Source of the DNA: Candidatus Woesearchaeota archaeon
GTDB taxonomy: Archaea > Nanobdellota > Nanobdellia > Woesearchaeales > ARS49
DNA: 64,000 bases
Direction of reading: 5' to 3'
NCBI GenBank assembly: GCA_038884575.1
Contig: JAWABQ010000001.1
Coordinates: forward strand, 33,730 to 97,729
Part shown: one piece after another, positions 52,934 through 62,400 of the stretch
How positions within the stretch are numbered: the stretch's first letter is position 1
How the letters are laid out: each line of letters starts with the position of its first letter
Program-made: the position numbers and the translations under genes
Notes under the pieces: model-generated
Database searches by the model: none
Seen by the model: the letters and a program-made list of their open reading frames with translations, nothing else
Told to the model about the DNA's origin: nothing

Positions 52934-53114
52934 ATTTCATTTACCTCTTGCTTTCGCATTTTATTTCAGCTCTCCCTTGGAAACAGAGAGGAGGTCCCCC
53001 GGAAGAAGGCTCGTCCGGGGGGTTGCGCGGAGCAACACGTTCATAGATGACCGAATCATTTATATACGCTATCTGGCAATGTCCAGTGACCAGTGGACGG
53101 GATAATCCCATAAA

Positions 53115-53717
53115 ATGGCTAAAAAAGAGCGTGTTTTGGACTTTCTTGGATGGTTTTTTCTAGTGCTAGGGCTGGTTTCTGTTGTGTGGTACTTGTTTTT
53201 TTCAAGATGGCAATATGCAGTCTGGTTTTGCAATCACGCAATGCTTATCACAGGAATAGCAGTGCTTTGCAGGAACAAGTTCTGGCTTACTGCAATGCTC
53301 AACTGGGCATTAATACCAGTAAGCATATGGGCAATAGATTTTATCAGCGGAGTAATATTCAATTATTTCCCCTTTGGAATAACACAATACATGTTTGACG
53401 GCTCTATGCAGATAATCAGTTTGCAGCACCTTTTCACAGTGCCGCTGATGTTATATGCAATTTACTTGCTTGGAAAACCGGCAAAATTGGCATGGCTTGG
53501 CACAACAGCCCACGGAACAATATTATGGATAATCTCATACTTTATCATAACGCCTGACTACAATGTCAACTGCGCACACCAAGCATGTACGCTTCTGAAA
53601 GGGCTGCCATACTACGCCATACTGTGGCCAATAATTGCAATACTGATGTTCTTTGTGACAAACAAGTTCTTGTGCTGGGCGTTCAGTGCACCAAAAGCCA
53701 GGCATCGACAGCAATGA
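53115..53717 (+). CDS. polytopic membrane protein (hypothetical)
   Basis: 200 aa with about 6 hydrophobic helices. No family recognised. Confidence 0.55.
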   Translation: MAKKERVLDFLGWFFLVLGLVSVVWYLFFSRWQYAVWFCNHAMLITGIAVLCRNKFWLTAMLNWALIPVSIWAIDFISGVIFNYFPFGITQYMFDGSMQIISLQHLFTVPLMLYAIYLLGKPAKLAWLGTTAHGTILWIISYFIITPDYNVNCAHQACTLLKGLPYYAILWPIIAILMFFVTNKFLCWAFSAPKARHRQQ

Positions 53718-54138
53718 CTACAAAGAAGACAAGAGTTTCCATTACTGTGCCTGTCTGGACAGGCCCCCTGACTTTGTAATGGGCAATCGGGTTAAGGAAG
53801 CCCACTCCTGAGATAGTGAGGGCATCGCTGATTAAGTGCGAGACATAGCCGACAAATATTCCTGCGCCGTAGATGAAGCCCTGCCACCACCACAATCCAA
53901 CAAACACTAGCAAAGCTGCAAAAATGCTGTGAAAAAAACCGCGGTGGCCGAACAAGAGCGGAATAACCTTTGTCACATGCAATGACCTGTTGACCTTGCT
54001 GTCATAATGGTCAATGTCAGGAAGGAAAACGCCAACAATAACCAATGCTATGAACAAAAGCTGGTTTGAAATATCAACATACCTCAGGGTGACAAGTCCT
54101 GCAAGAATGCCAAATGCTATGTGCGTCTTTGCGAGCAT
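53683..54138 (-). CDS. membrane-bound metal-dependent hydrolase (YdjM/DUF457 family)
   Basis: 151 aa beginning MLAKTHIAFGILAG..., with ...LPDIDH... and ...SHLISDALT.... Confidence 0.7.
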   Translation of the reverse strand: MLAKTHIAFGILAGLVTLRYVDISNQLLFIALVIVGVFLPDIDHYDSKVNRSLHVTKVIPLLFGHRGFFHSIFAALLVFVGLWWWQGFIYGAGIFVGYVSHLISDALTISGVGFLNPIAHYKVRGPVQTGTVMETLVFFVVIAVDAWLLVH

Positions 54139-54170
54139 AAATGCATGTTTGGGACACTATTATATATACC

Positions 54171-55202
54171 CTACTGAGAAGGCGCTGGCGTTGTCGCCTG
54201 CAGTCTTGCCAGCTCTTCCTTGGGATCAGGGTTAAGGAAGACCATCTGGACATTGAACTCAAGCCTGTCAAAGAAAGTGTTCTTTTTTGCTTTTCCGACA
54301 AGCTTCACAATCTGGCCGAGCAATTCTGTCTTGATGGGGTCAAACTGCTCAGGAGTCTGGCGCAATGGAAGAAGCTGGTCAATTGTCCTGCCAAGCAGGC
54401 GCTCTGCCTGCTGGCGGAAAAGCACGCAGCGTATGTTGTCTGTTCCATCATCAAGGAAGACATTCATGACAAATGCAAAATCAGGCTTTACTGCGCCGTG
54501 CTTTTCGCACGTGAAAATTCCAGACCCCTGCTCCTGCTCGCGCGCCCTGCCGTTGCATGTCGGGCAGATTTCAAAAAATCGCGGGTCAAAAACCTGGACA
54601 ATCGTGCCAAGCAATTCAATATTTTCATCTCCATCCTGCAAAGCCTTTATTTCCTTCCTCACTGCAGCAGCCCTTTGCTGTATCTGCCTGACCTCGCCAA
54701 GCGCAATTCCTGCAGGATTGACAATCAGGTGGGCTTTTTCATTTACATGGACTTCAGGATAGCCGCGCTGGTTTTCCTTTGCCAGCCCGCCTGAAACCTT
54801 GACTATGTTACCTATTTCAAGCTTGCTCACCGCCTCCGCCTGCTCCCCCCAGCCAACAACCCTCATGATTCCTGTCTCGTCAGCAACCATGCAGCTTGAC
54901 ACCTTTCCCTCTGTGCCGTCCTGCCTTGAGAAAGTGTTAAGCGGATAGACTGCCTGAACCCTTCCGGCAAACTCAACACTGCGCATCCCTGCATAAACAT
55001 CCTTTATCTTTCCTGAATTTTCAAGAAGCTTTACCCCAAGCTCATTCGCAATTATGTGCGCTGCGCCCTCCTTGCTGATTAATCCTGAGAGCTGCTTGAG
55101 CTTTGCATCAATTTTTTCCTGAATCTGGTCTGGAGAAAGCCCTGTCTTCTGCCCGATTTTCGCGAGCATTTCTTCATATGGAATTCGTATCAGTGTAACC
55201 AC
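54171..55202 (-). CDS. replication protein A-like ssDNA-binding protein (OB folds plus Zn finger)
   Basis: It has N-terminal IPYEEMLAKIGQKTGLSPDQIQEKI, OB-fold blocks and CPTCNGR....FTCEKHG. I chose the start at GTG 55202 because TATA (tttatatcc on the minus strand) lies about 30 nt upstream. ATG 55169 is the alternative. The ORF-track start at 55286 would overlap the upstream gene. Confidence 0.75.
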   Translation of the reverse strand: MVTLIRIPYEEMLAKIGQKTGLSPDQIQEKIDAKLKQLSGLISKEGAAHIIANELGVKLLENSGKIKDVYAGMRSVEFAGRVQAVYPLNTFSRQDGTEGKVSSCMVADETGIMRVVGWGEQAEAVSKLEIGNIVKVSGGLAKENQRGYPEVHVNEKAHLIVNPAGIALGEVRQIQQRAAAVRKEIKALQDGDENIELLGTIVQVFDPRFFEICPTCNGRAREQEQGSGIFTCEKHGAVKPDFAFVMNVFLDDGTDNIRCVLFRQQAERLLGRTIDQLLPLRQTPEQFDPIKTELLGQIVKLVGKAKKNTFFDRLEFNVQMVFLNPDPKEELARLQATTPAPSQ

Positions 55203-55257
55203 CCTCTCTGTTATCCAAAGGAACAGGAACGGATATAAATAGTTTTGGTTTGCGCTG

Positions 55258-56106
55258 TTACTGCGGCGCATAAAGCGCAAAAACAATGTCGCTCATTGTG
55301 CCATAGGGGTTCTTTGCAGGGTTATTTGCGGCTGCTATCAGGTAGTCAGGGTTGTCAGCGCTTCTTGAAACAGTTAACAGCGCAAATGATGACTTTGCGC
55401 ATTCATCAGGTGAATACGCATTCACGCAGTCATAGAAAGCACGCACTTCTTTCTTCAGCAAAGCATAAGCGCTGATTTTTGTTGAAATATTCACAGTAAA
55501 CGACGGCTTGAAGTCATACTCGCCAACAGGAGCCATTGGCATCTGCACTGTTGTCCAGGGGATTGTTATGCCAATAAATTTTGCCATTATCATTTTCGGA
55601 GGCGGCTGAACCAGAACTATTGCAGGCATTATTGCAGTGCCAGTAACAGAATTGTCCTGGACAAATATTTCATAATTGTTCAACGGCAAGATTGCCCCGC
55701 GGTATTTTGCAAGATAAACAGCCATCTGGCCGTTCATAAGCTCGCCAAAAGCATCATAAGGCTGGACAGAGTCAGTGCAGTCAGCGCCGTGCTTTGTCCA
55801 CGCATAAATCTTCCTGCCTTTCTCTATTATTGTGCCGCAGTCATCAGACTTCATGCCCCCGCGCTGCGCAAGAGTGTCAAGCGCCTTGTATGCAGAGAAC
55901 TTTGCAGCCTGGTCAACAAAAAGCAAGGCATTCTCGCCCTGCTGGTATGCCTCAAGAAGCGCGACCTGATATTCCCCAATCCGGACCTCGAAAGGCTCAA
56001 GCTTTGCCGAAAGCCTGATGAAAAGATAAATTACAAGCACAACAACCACAATAACCATTACTGCAGCATAATCAAGCCCCTTTTTGCTGCGAAGCATTTT
56101 CATCAT
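55258..56106 (-). CDS. pilin-like protein (class III signal-type N-terminus)
   Basis: 282 aa with N-terminus MMKMLRSKKG-LDYAAVMVIVVVVLVIYLFI. It is the last gene of a six-gene minus-strand pilin-like operon. Confidence 0.6.
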   Translation of the reverse strand: MMKMLRSKKGLDYAAVMVIVVVVLVIYLFIRLSAKLEPFEVRIGEYQVALLEAYQQGENALLFVDQAAKFSAYKALDTLAQRGGMKSDDCGTIIEKGRKIYAWTKHGADCTDSVQPYDAFGELMNGQMAVYLAKYRGAILPLNNYEIFVQDNSVTGTAIMPAIVLVQPPPKMIMAKFIGITIPWTTVQMPMAPVGEYDFKPSFTVNISTKISAYALLKKEVRAFYDCVNAYSPDECAKSSFALLTVSRSADNPDYLIAAANNPAKNPYGTMSDIVFALYAPQ

Positions 56107-56495
56107 TTCTGCCCCACCTCAAGCCTGACCTTGGCAATCGAGCCGTCATACTTTGGCAGCAAGGCATCAATAGAAGCATCAGGGATGCCAATTTTCCGGC
56201 CTGCAACCAGGCTTGCATCAATGTAAAGCGCAAAATCAGCCTGCGGACCGTACACCGCGCTTACCAGCGGCCCGACACGCGCATAATTGCCGCTGCTGAT
56301 TTCATCCGCAAGCACAGACACCAGCAGGCGGAGCTGGCCTGAAGCCTTCAGCCCTGTGGTGCTTGCAGTGACATCAAATTCAGCCTTTTTATGGAACATC
56401 GACGAGGCAATGAAAAACCCGGCAAGCAAAAGCGCAATTACCCCTGCAGATGCAATAAAAGTTAATGCCCTTCCCATTGCAGCGCGCCTGTTCAT
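56103..56495 (-). CDS. pilin-like protein
   Basis: 130 aa with N-terminus MNRRAAMGRA-LTFIASAGVIALLLAGFFIA. It has 4-nt overlaps on both sides. Confidence 0.55.
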   Translation of the reverse strand: MNRRAAMGRALTFIASAGVIALLLAGFFIASSMFHKKAEFDVTASTTGLKASGQLRLLVSVLADEISSGNYARVGPLVSAVYGPQADFALYIDASLVAGRKIGIPDASIDALLPKYDGSIAKVRLEVGQK

Positions 56496-56980
56496 CTGAA
56501 CCCTCCTGGAGGCACAGGCGCATAAACCTGGTCAATGGTCATAAGCTCCAACATACCTGTATCCTGCACCCATACAGGCCTTGTCTCGACAAAACGCTTG
56601 TAGCGCAAAGGCGACAATGGCACCCATTCATTGTACCTTTCCTCCTGATAATAAGCAGTGTCAGAGCCAAGAGCGAGCTTTACTGCAAGCATCCTTGGAG
56701 TGCCCAAAGTGGTGAATGCGCCTGAAATCACCTGCTTGTCCCAGCCTGCTTTTGAAGGCAGGATTCCAGGATAAGCGCGGTGCGTCAAAGGCGACTGCCA
56801 GCTGGCTTTTGAATAAATGCGCTCTGCAAAAACAGCATTTTCAAGATTGTTTGTCTTTGTGAGCTCGGAAAATATTAATGAGGGGATTGTAACAACAACG
56901 TAAATGACAGCGCCTGTCAAAAAAAGGTAAAATATCCAGAATATCACTGCCTCGCCCAGCTGGGCCTTACGGTCTGGCAT
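56492..56980 (-). CDS. pilin-like protein
   Basis: 162 aa with N-terminus MPDRKAQ-LGEAVIFWIFYLFLTGAVIYVVV. Confidence 0.55.
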   Translation of the reverse strand: MPDRKAQLGEAVIFWIFYLFLTGAVIYVVVTIPSLIFSELTKTNNLENAVFAERIYSKASWQSPLTHRAYPGILPSKAGWDKQVISGAFTTLGTPRMLAVKLALGSDTAYYQEERYNEWVPLSPLRYKRFVETRPVWVQDTGMLELMTIDQVYAPVPPGGFR

Positions 56981-57908
56981 TTTTCACCCCTTGCGCTATC
57001 CTTAAAGCAACAGCCTCCTGCTTGTCAACAGAATCAAGCAGCTGCAAAGTGCCAAATTCAAGCAGTATTCCAACCTTTCCTTTTGAAAGGGCGTCATCAT
57101 CCCTTGATGCGGTATGCTCTGGGTTTATTGGGATAACAGCAGCGCCGATTACGCCTATATTCTGGCCCTCCCAGTGGCGCAGCAATGAGTTTGAAACCTC
57201 GCATGCAATCCTCTGGCTCTGCCTGAGAAGTTCAGGGGGATTTTCGCCATTCACATAGGCCTTGATGTACGTGGCATCTGGCGCAGTGCTGCCAATCCTA
57301 AGAACCACCAAAACCTCGCTGCCCTCAAAAATCTGCCCCTTGAGCACTGATGCAATGTTCTGCTCTGCCTGCATTTCAGGTCCACTGGCATGAGCAGGCT
57401 GTGCAACAGGCTTTCCCGCAATTCCTGCTGTGCCGCATGCAAGCACATTGCGCACATAAGTGTCTGGCTTTTTGTTGCGGTCATAGACATATATTGTACT
57501 GCCTTCCTTGTAAAAATCAGGGACAACCAAGACATCCCTGAATGAAAGTTCTGCCTCCTGGATTGAAACAGAAGGGTCAGGAGTGATATAAAACATGCCA
57601 GGGCTGCGGTCTTGGGGCCCGGACAGCACGCTGACAGAAGTCTTGTTGAACCTGAATGTGTAGTTTGTCCTGAACTTTGGTATCAGCGGAGGGGTGTAAA
57701 TTATATGGGCGCTGCCAGGCTGGGGCATTGCAGGAATTGTATCAATAAGCAGTGCAAGGTCTGTGGCAAGGAAGCGCTTCTCAAACGATGTCTGCTCATC
57801 AAGCCCGTGGATGAACCACATCAGGGAAATAAGCACGCAGACAGCAACAAAAGTCTCAAAAGCTGGATGAAGGACAAAACCAGTCCACGCGCCTTTTTTT
57901 GACATCAC
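56967..57908 (-). CDS. pilin-like protein with a larger C-terminal domain
   Basis: 313 aa with N-terminus MMSKKGA-WTGFVLHPAFETFVAVCVLISLMWFI. Confidence 0.55.
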   Translation of the reverse strand: MMSKKGAWTGFVLHPAFETFVAVCVLISLMWFIHGLDEQTSFEKRFLATDLALLIDTIPAMPQPGSAHIIYTPPLIPKFRTNYTFRFNKTSVSVLSGPQDRSPGMFYITPDPSVSIQEAELSFRDVLVVPDFYKEGSTIYVYDRNKKPDTYVRNVLACGTAGIAGKPVAQPAHASGPEMQAEQNIASVLKGQIFEGSEVLVVLRIGSTAPDATYIKAYVNGENPPELLRQSQRIACEVSNSLLRHWEGQNIGVIGAAVIPINPEHTASRDDDALSKGKVGILLEFGTLQLLDSVDKQEAVALRIAQGVKNARP

Positions 57909-58372
57909 GAGCAGGCATCTCCAATATGCAGCTCATTTGCCTTCCGGCATATTGTCACTGCGGTTCCTGCGCCTGCATATTCCTTTCCAAGGCTCTCGCC
58001 CTTTGGAGCGCAGATTCCTGAAGCGCAATCATTTGTTATTTTCGGCATTTGCGCGCATTTGACCTCCGTATTATCCACCACGCAGACACACGGCATCATG
58101 CTGCATTCCTTCTGCGAATTGCCGGTTCCAAACATTTGGATAAGGAACCTGCTTTTTGCTGCAGTGATTACCTGAAGCTTTTCATCAGGCTGGAGGTTCA
58201 TAAGCTCTGCTACCACTCTGTCCCTGTCGCGCACAATGTCAGAGGGCTTTTCCTTCCAGAATATTTCGTAAATACCATAGCCTATTGCAACAATAATGAG
58301 CGAAATAAAGACTGCTCTCAGCAGCTTGCCTGCATCCAAGACCTGCTCTGCAGCCTGACCTCTTTTGTCCAT
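57905..58372 (-). CDS. pilin-like protein
   Basis: The start at ATG 58372 gives MDKRGQ-AAEQVLDAGKLLRAVFISLIIVAIGYGIY (GQxxE-type). The ORF-track extension would overlap the upstream pilin gene. Confidence 0.6.
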   Translation of the reverse strand: MDKRGQAAEQVLDAGKLLRAVFISLIIVAIGYGIYEIFWKEKPSDIVRDRDRVVAELMNLQPDEKLQVITAAKSRFLIQMFGTGNSQKECSMMPCVCVVDNTEVKCAQMPKITNDCASGICAPKGESLGKEYAGAGTAVTICRKANELHIGDACS

Positions 58373-58409
58373 GACGACAAAAGCCAAGAAAACAGGGTTA
58401 TAAATGTTT

Positions 58410-58709
58410 CTATGTGGCCTCGCAGCAAACACTTTTTGGAGCCTGGCAGTCCTGCCACGAGCCTGAAAGCGGCTGGTAGTTTGCAGGACACTTTCCTGGC
58501 TCTGCACACTGCCTGCTGCGCAATGCAAAGATTGTCTCGCAGATATCCTTTGCCCTTGCCTCTTTCTCTGCCTCGCCTGTGATGTTCACATACTTCTGCG
58601 AGCCCTTTTGCAGCTGGGTGCGCACAATAAGTATGAGTAGGACAAGGACAACAAGCCCAAGGACCGCAAGAATGATTGTATTAATCGAAAGACCCTGTCC
58701 TCTTTTCAT
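58410..58709 (-). CDS. small type IV pilin-like protein (candidate major pilin)
   Basis: 99 aa with N-terminus MKRGQG-LSINTIILAVLGLVVLVLLILIV and a Cys-containing C-terminus (..CAEPGKCP...CQAPKSVCCEAT). It is the first gene after a divergent TATA-rich promoter. Confidence 0.7.
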   Translation of the reverse strand: MKRGQGLSINTIILAVLGLVVLVLLILIVRTQLQKGSQKYVNITGEAEKEARAKDICETIFALRSRQCAEPGKCPANYQPLSGSWQDCQAPKSVCCEAT

Positions 58710-58786
58710 AAAGCCTGCACATGCAAGCCATTATTTAAACCTTTTCTCCAGTAAGATTTAAATAGCAAACAAGGAACAAACTTTTC

Positions 58787-59413
58787 ATGAGCAAAAAAGT
58801 CGCGGTTGCCATAATTCTGATTGCCGCAATCATAATTGTCCTTGCGCTTGTCCTGCTTTTGACAAGGCCAAAGCCTGCTGTTTTCAGCGATGACCCAAAG
58901 GACTGGGTTGTCTCAGAAGGAAGGAACAGGACAGTGGATGTTGTCATTGCAACAAAAGGGGACAGCCACATGGATGCAAACGGCCAGCAGTATGACACAG
59001 CCACCATCGGCACGGTTTTTGCCTCGCAGGGATGGTACAGAGGGGTGCAGTTCAGGAACAGTTATGCGCAGAACGGCAAAACACTCATGCGCGTCGGCCC
59101 CTCAATGATTCCAAATGATGGCGTGCTTGACGGCTTCATAATGGAAAAGCTCGGGCAGGACGGTCCAAAGCTCTATGTCTTCCTTGACGAGGACTGGAAA
59201 AAGTCATTCCCAAGGGCTGCAGTCTATTGGGGCAAAAACTACCAGCTTGACATGCCTTTTGACTTCACAAAAAGCGTTGCAGACGGCATTTACCTTAACA
59301 TCGTGCCAGATGACCCGGAAAGGTTTGAGAACAATTATGCAATCCACCTGGGCGGAGCCTGGGCAGGGGACTTGCGCGACGACGAGACTTCTACACTAGT
59401 TGCATTAACCTAG
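58787..59413 (+). CDS. N-terminally anchored hypothetical protein
   Basis: 208 aa beginning MSKKVAVAIILIAAIIIVLALVLLL. It converges on, and overlaps by 4 nt, the giant gene. Confidence 0.6.
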   Translation: MSKKVAVAIILIAAIIIVLALVLLLTRPKPAVFSDDPKDWVVSEGRNRTVDVVIATKGDSHMDANGQQYDTATIGTVFASQGWYRGVQFRNSYAQNGKTLMRVGPSMIPNDGVLDGFIMEKLGQDGPKLYVFLDEDWKKSFPRAAVYWGKNYQLDMPFDFTKSVADGIYLNIVPDDPERFENNYAIHLGGAWAGDLRDDETSTLVALT

Positions 59414-62400
59414 AAGCATCCTGCTATGCTCGCAGTATGGTGGGGCCATGCAGCACACATCTCAAGTATGTATGCAGTTGCCATTCCTGCAACATCAACT
59501 GCAGTGGCAACAAATAATGCAGTAGCGCCAGCAGCAGTTCCGGCTGTCATTCCGGTAAGGGCAAGTCCTGCAGCAATCGAGGCAATTGTCAGTGTGGTGT
59601 CAACTGCCTTTACAAGCCCGCTCTTTGCAGTAAAGCAATAATTATTGCCATTATTGTACGAGGCATCAATGTTGCGGGGAATGATTATGAATGCAGGAAT
59701 TGTGGTTGTTAAATCAAGCCTTGTGCCGCGGTTTGACTGGGTTGGCGAAGGAGCAGCGGATTCATGGCAAAGCTTGACAGCAGTTGCAGTATCGCCGTTG
59801 TAATAATGATAAGTGAGTGAGCTTTCATTGGCTGTATCAATAAACCACTTTGTGTTGTACACCTTGAATGCAAGCATTCTGGCAAAATATGCCATCTCTG
59901 CAGAATCCCTGTTCGCAGCATACTCTTTCTGCACAGCCTTGTCCAGCTCATCCCAATTGATTTCAAGCTTTTCATAAGGCGCATTTGGGTTTTTCCACGG
60001 GCATGCAATGCCTGGCTTTAACTCGCATTTTTTGAATATAAACAAGTCAATAAAGGGGTGCGCATTTGGATTGAAGATATGAGCTCCGGCAGATGCTCCA
60101 GAGCCAAGGCTTGTCCACCAGTCCTCAAGAGTGTAATAAAGCACTGAGTTTTCATCCCTGCCTGGAGCCAAGCTTATGTCGCCGCCAAGCGGATATGCAG
60201 GGCTAAAGTCCTGCACAGAAAGCTTGTTTAGAAGCGCTGTCCTAAAGTCAATAAACTGCTCTGGCGTAAGATTCTTTACCTGGTCGAATCCTGCGCGGCG
60301 CAAGTCAACCCCCTTCAGCCCTGCTGCAAGAGTAAACGGCTGGACTTTCAGGCTCCTGACAAATGTTTCAGGGTCAGTGAACACTATTTCGCCAAATTCC
60401 TTAAAGGCAAGCGGGTCTTCCCTTATTGCAGTGCGGATGCCGTCAAAAGGCGAGTCCCAGTAAGGACCGCGGCTCTGGCTCCAGAATCCCTTTGAGCCGT
60501 CAATCAAGTAACTTACTTTCTGCTTTGAATCCATCTTGTCCCAGGCGCGCACTATTGTTATATTGCCCTTGCCTGCAATCGGCTCTATGCCCTGCAGGCG
60601 CACAATGCCCTTGGCGTCAGTAAAGTTGTAGATGTACTCATTGTGCCAGAAAGCACAGCCGCGATATGTTGCCAGCATATCATAGTCTGCCTTGCACGGG
60701 CTTGCTGCAAAGAACCTCACCCTTGAGTCATCCTCCTTGAGCATTTCAGAATAATAATGGTCAGAGCCAGGGGTGTCAAAAGTGTATTTCTTTGTCAGCT
60801 GGGGCGCAAGCGGCTTTATCAAGCCATAAGTGTTCTTGCCAACTCCAATGAACTTCTGGTTCTTGCTGTCCTCAAGCGCCATGAAATATGAAAGCCCCAC
60901 CAGTATCGGGAAATAATGGTCGCGGACAAATTTTGCGCACGTCCCAACCGTGCCTGTGGCAAGGCCTGCTAAAAGTGCGCCGCCAGCGCCAACAGCAACC
61001 CCTGCCTCTGGCTTGACTTTTGAAGCTTCTGCGCCCAAACCAACCCCAACGCCTGCAGGAATGACGCACCCAAGAGACCGTGCCTGGTTTTTGATGAACT
61101 CCTTTAGCATTTGGGGCGTGGTACCTGCAGGCAATGGCCCGCCTGCTTTCTGAATTGTTCCTGCCCACAAGCCCTTGCCCCATGTCTTTGCACTGAGCAG
61201 GTCACGCATTTCATCAACCTGAACGCCATATGCAGTGGGCTTTCCTGCATCATCAACACTCATCAGCAGCTTGCTCAGTGCGCTTTCAGAAGAATCATCA
61301 AGCAAGGCCTGGAAATTGATGTTGCCCAAATCATCAACATAAGAGCTTGCAAGCTCATCAGCCTGCTTTATCATTGTCTCATACATTCCAGGGTCTGTCT
61401 TTTTCAGCGCCTTAAGCCCCTTGACAGCATCTGTCAATGGCTTTTCCAGAGTGCCTTCCTTCAGCAATGCCTTTATTCCCTTCTTGAAGCCAACACGCCG
61501 CATCAGCAGCCCGACTGTTGAAAGATCTGCCTGCCCAAGCGCCCTGATTGCAGCGTCTTCTGCATTAACAGCAGATGAGCGCAAATAGTTTGCAACATCA
61601 TTTGCGCTTGCCAGCCCTGGTTTGCCAGCAGGCATTTCAGCCATTTTGATAAGCTCGTCAACCTGGGAGTCAGTCATGGCAATCTTTGCATCGCCAGCAA
61701 TTGTCTTGATTTCCCTGCGCAGCAATTCCTTTCCAGCATCTGTGAAAGTCCCGCTTACTGGAATTCTTGCCTCATCAAAAAGGCTTGGATTAAATAAATT
61801 GCCTTTTACAATTTTTGCTTCCGCAATATTAATGCTTTCTATGTTATTCTTTATACCTTGTATCCTTGACATTAGTCTGTTTGCAACATCATCAATGATT
61901 GATTCTGCAGGAAGCGAATTAATGCCTTTCATTGAAACCTTAACCAGGTCGCGGAGGCCATCTGTCAAAAAGCCAAGCTTTTCCAAATTATCAAGATATC
62001 CCTGGATTTTTATTGCGCGCGCCTGTTTCTGGGCATCAGAGAGCTTGTCAAACCCGACCAGTAATCTCTGTATGTTTTTTGAGGTTCTTGTCACAGCATC
62101 GCTTATCTTGACGACTTTCTTGAGAAGGGCAAAAGCCGCCTTGCCGCCAAGCGGAAGCATGGTAAGCGCCCCCTGCACGCCAAGAACAACAAAAAACACA
62201 GTCTTTGAGGAATACTGCCATGCCTTTTCCTCACCCTCTGGGAATTTTTCATAATACGCAAGGAACTTTGGGTCTCCTGAGCCGACAATAAGCTCTTCTG
62301 CCACAGATACCTTTTGCGGAAGCTCAAAAGAGCGGACTGTGCACTCCAACCTTTTGGCATGGTAAGCGCTTGCACTTAGCGGGCAAGCTAAAAGGTCTCG

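Noticed and set aside
52991-53012. GAGGUCCCCCGGAAGAAGGC, which resembles the SRP RNA helix-8 core (AGGUCCGGAAGGAAGC).
   Set aside because: The intergenic region is only 181 nt, too short for an archaeal SRP RNA. The local fold is a simple 8-bp hairpin rather than the helix-8 loop architecture, and there is no AGCA element.
56967-57908. A weak resemblance of the C-terminal part of the 313-aa pilin-like protein to Amidase_3 (…VGILLEFG… versus the family's …vLvE.Gf… block).
   Set aside because: Only one short block matches, and the Zn-binding His/Glu residues are not identifiable by eye. This is too weak to call without a profile search.
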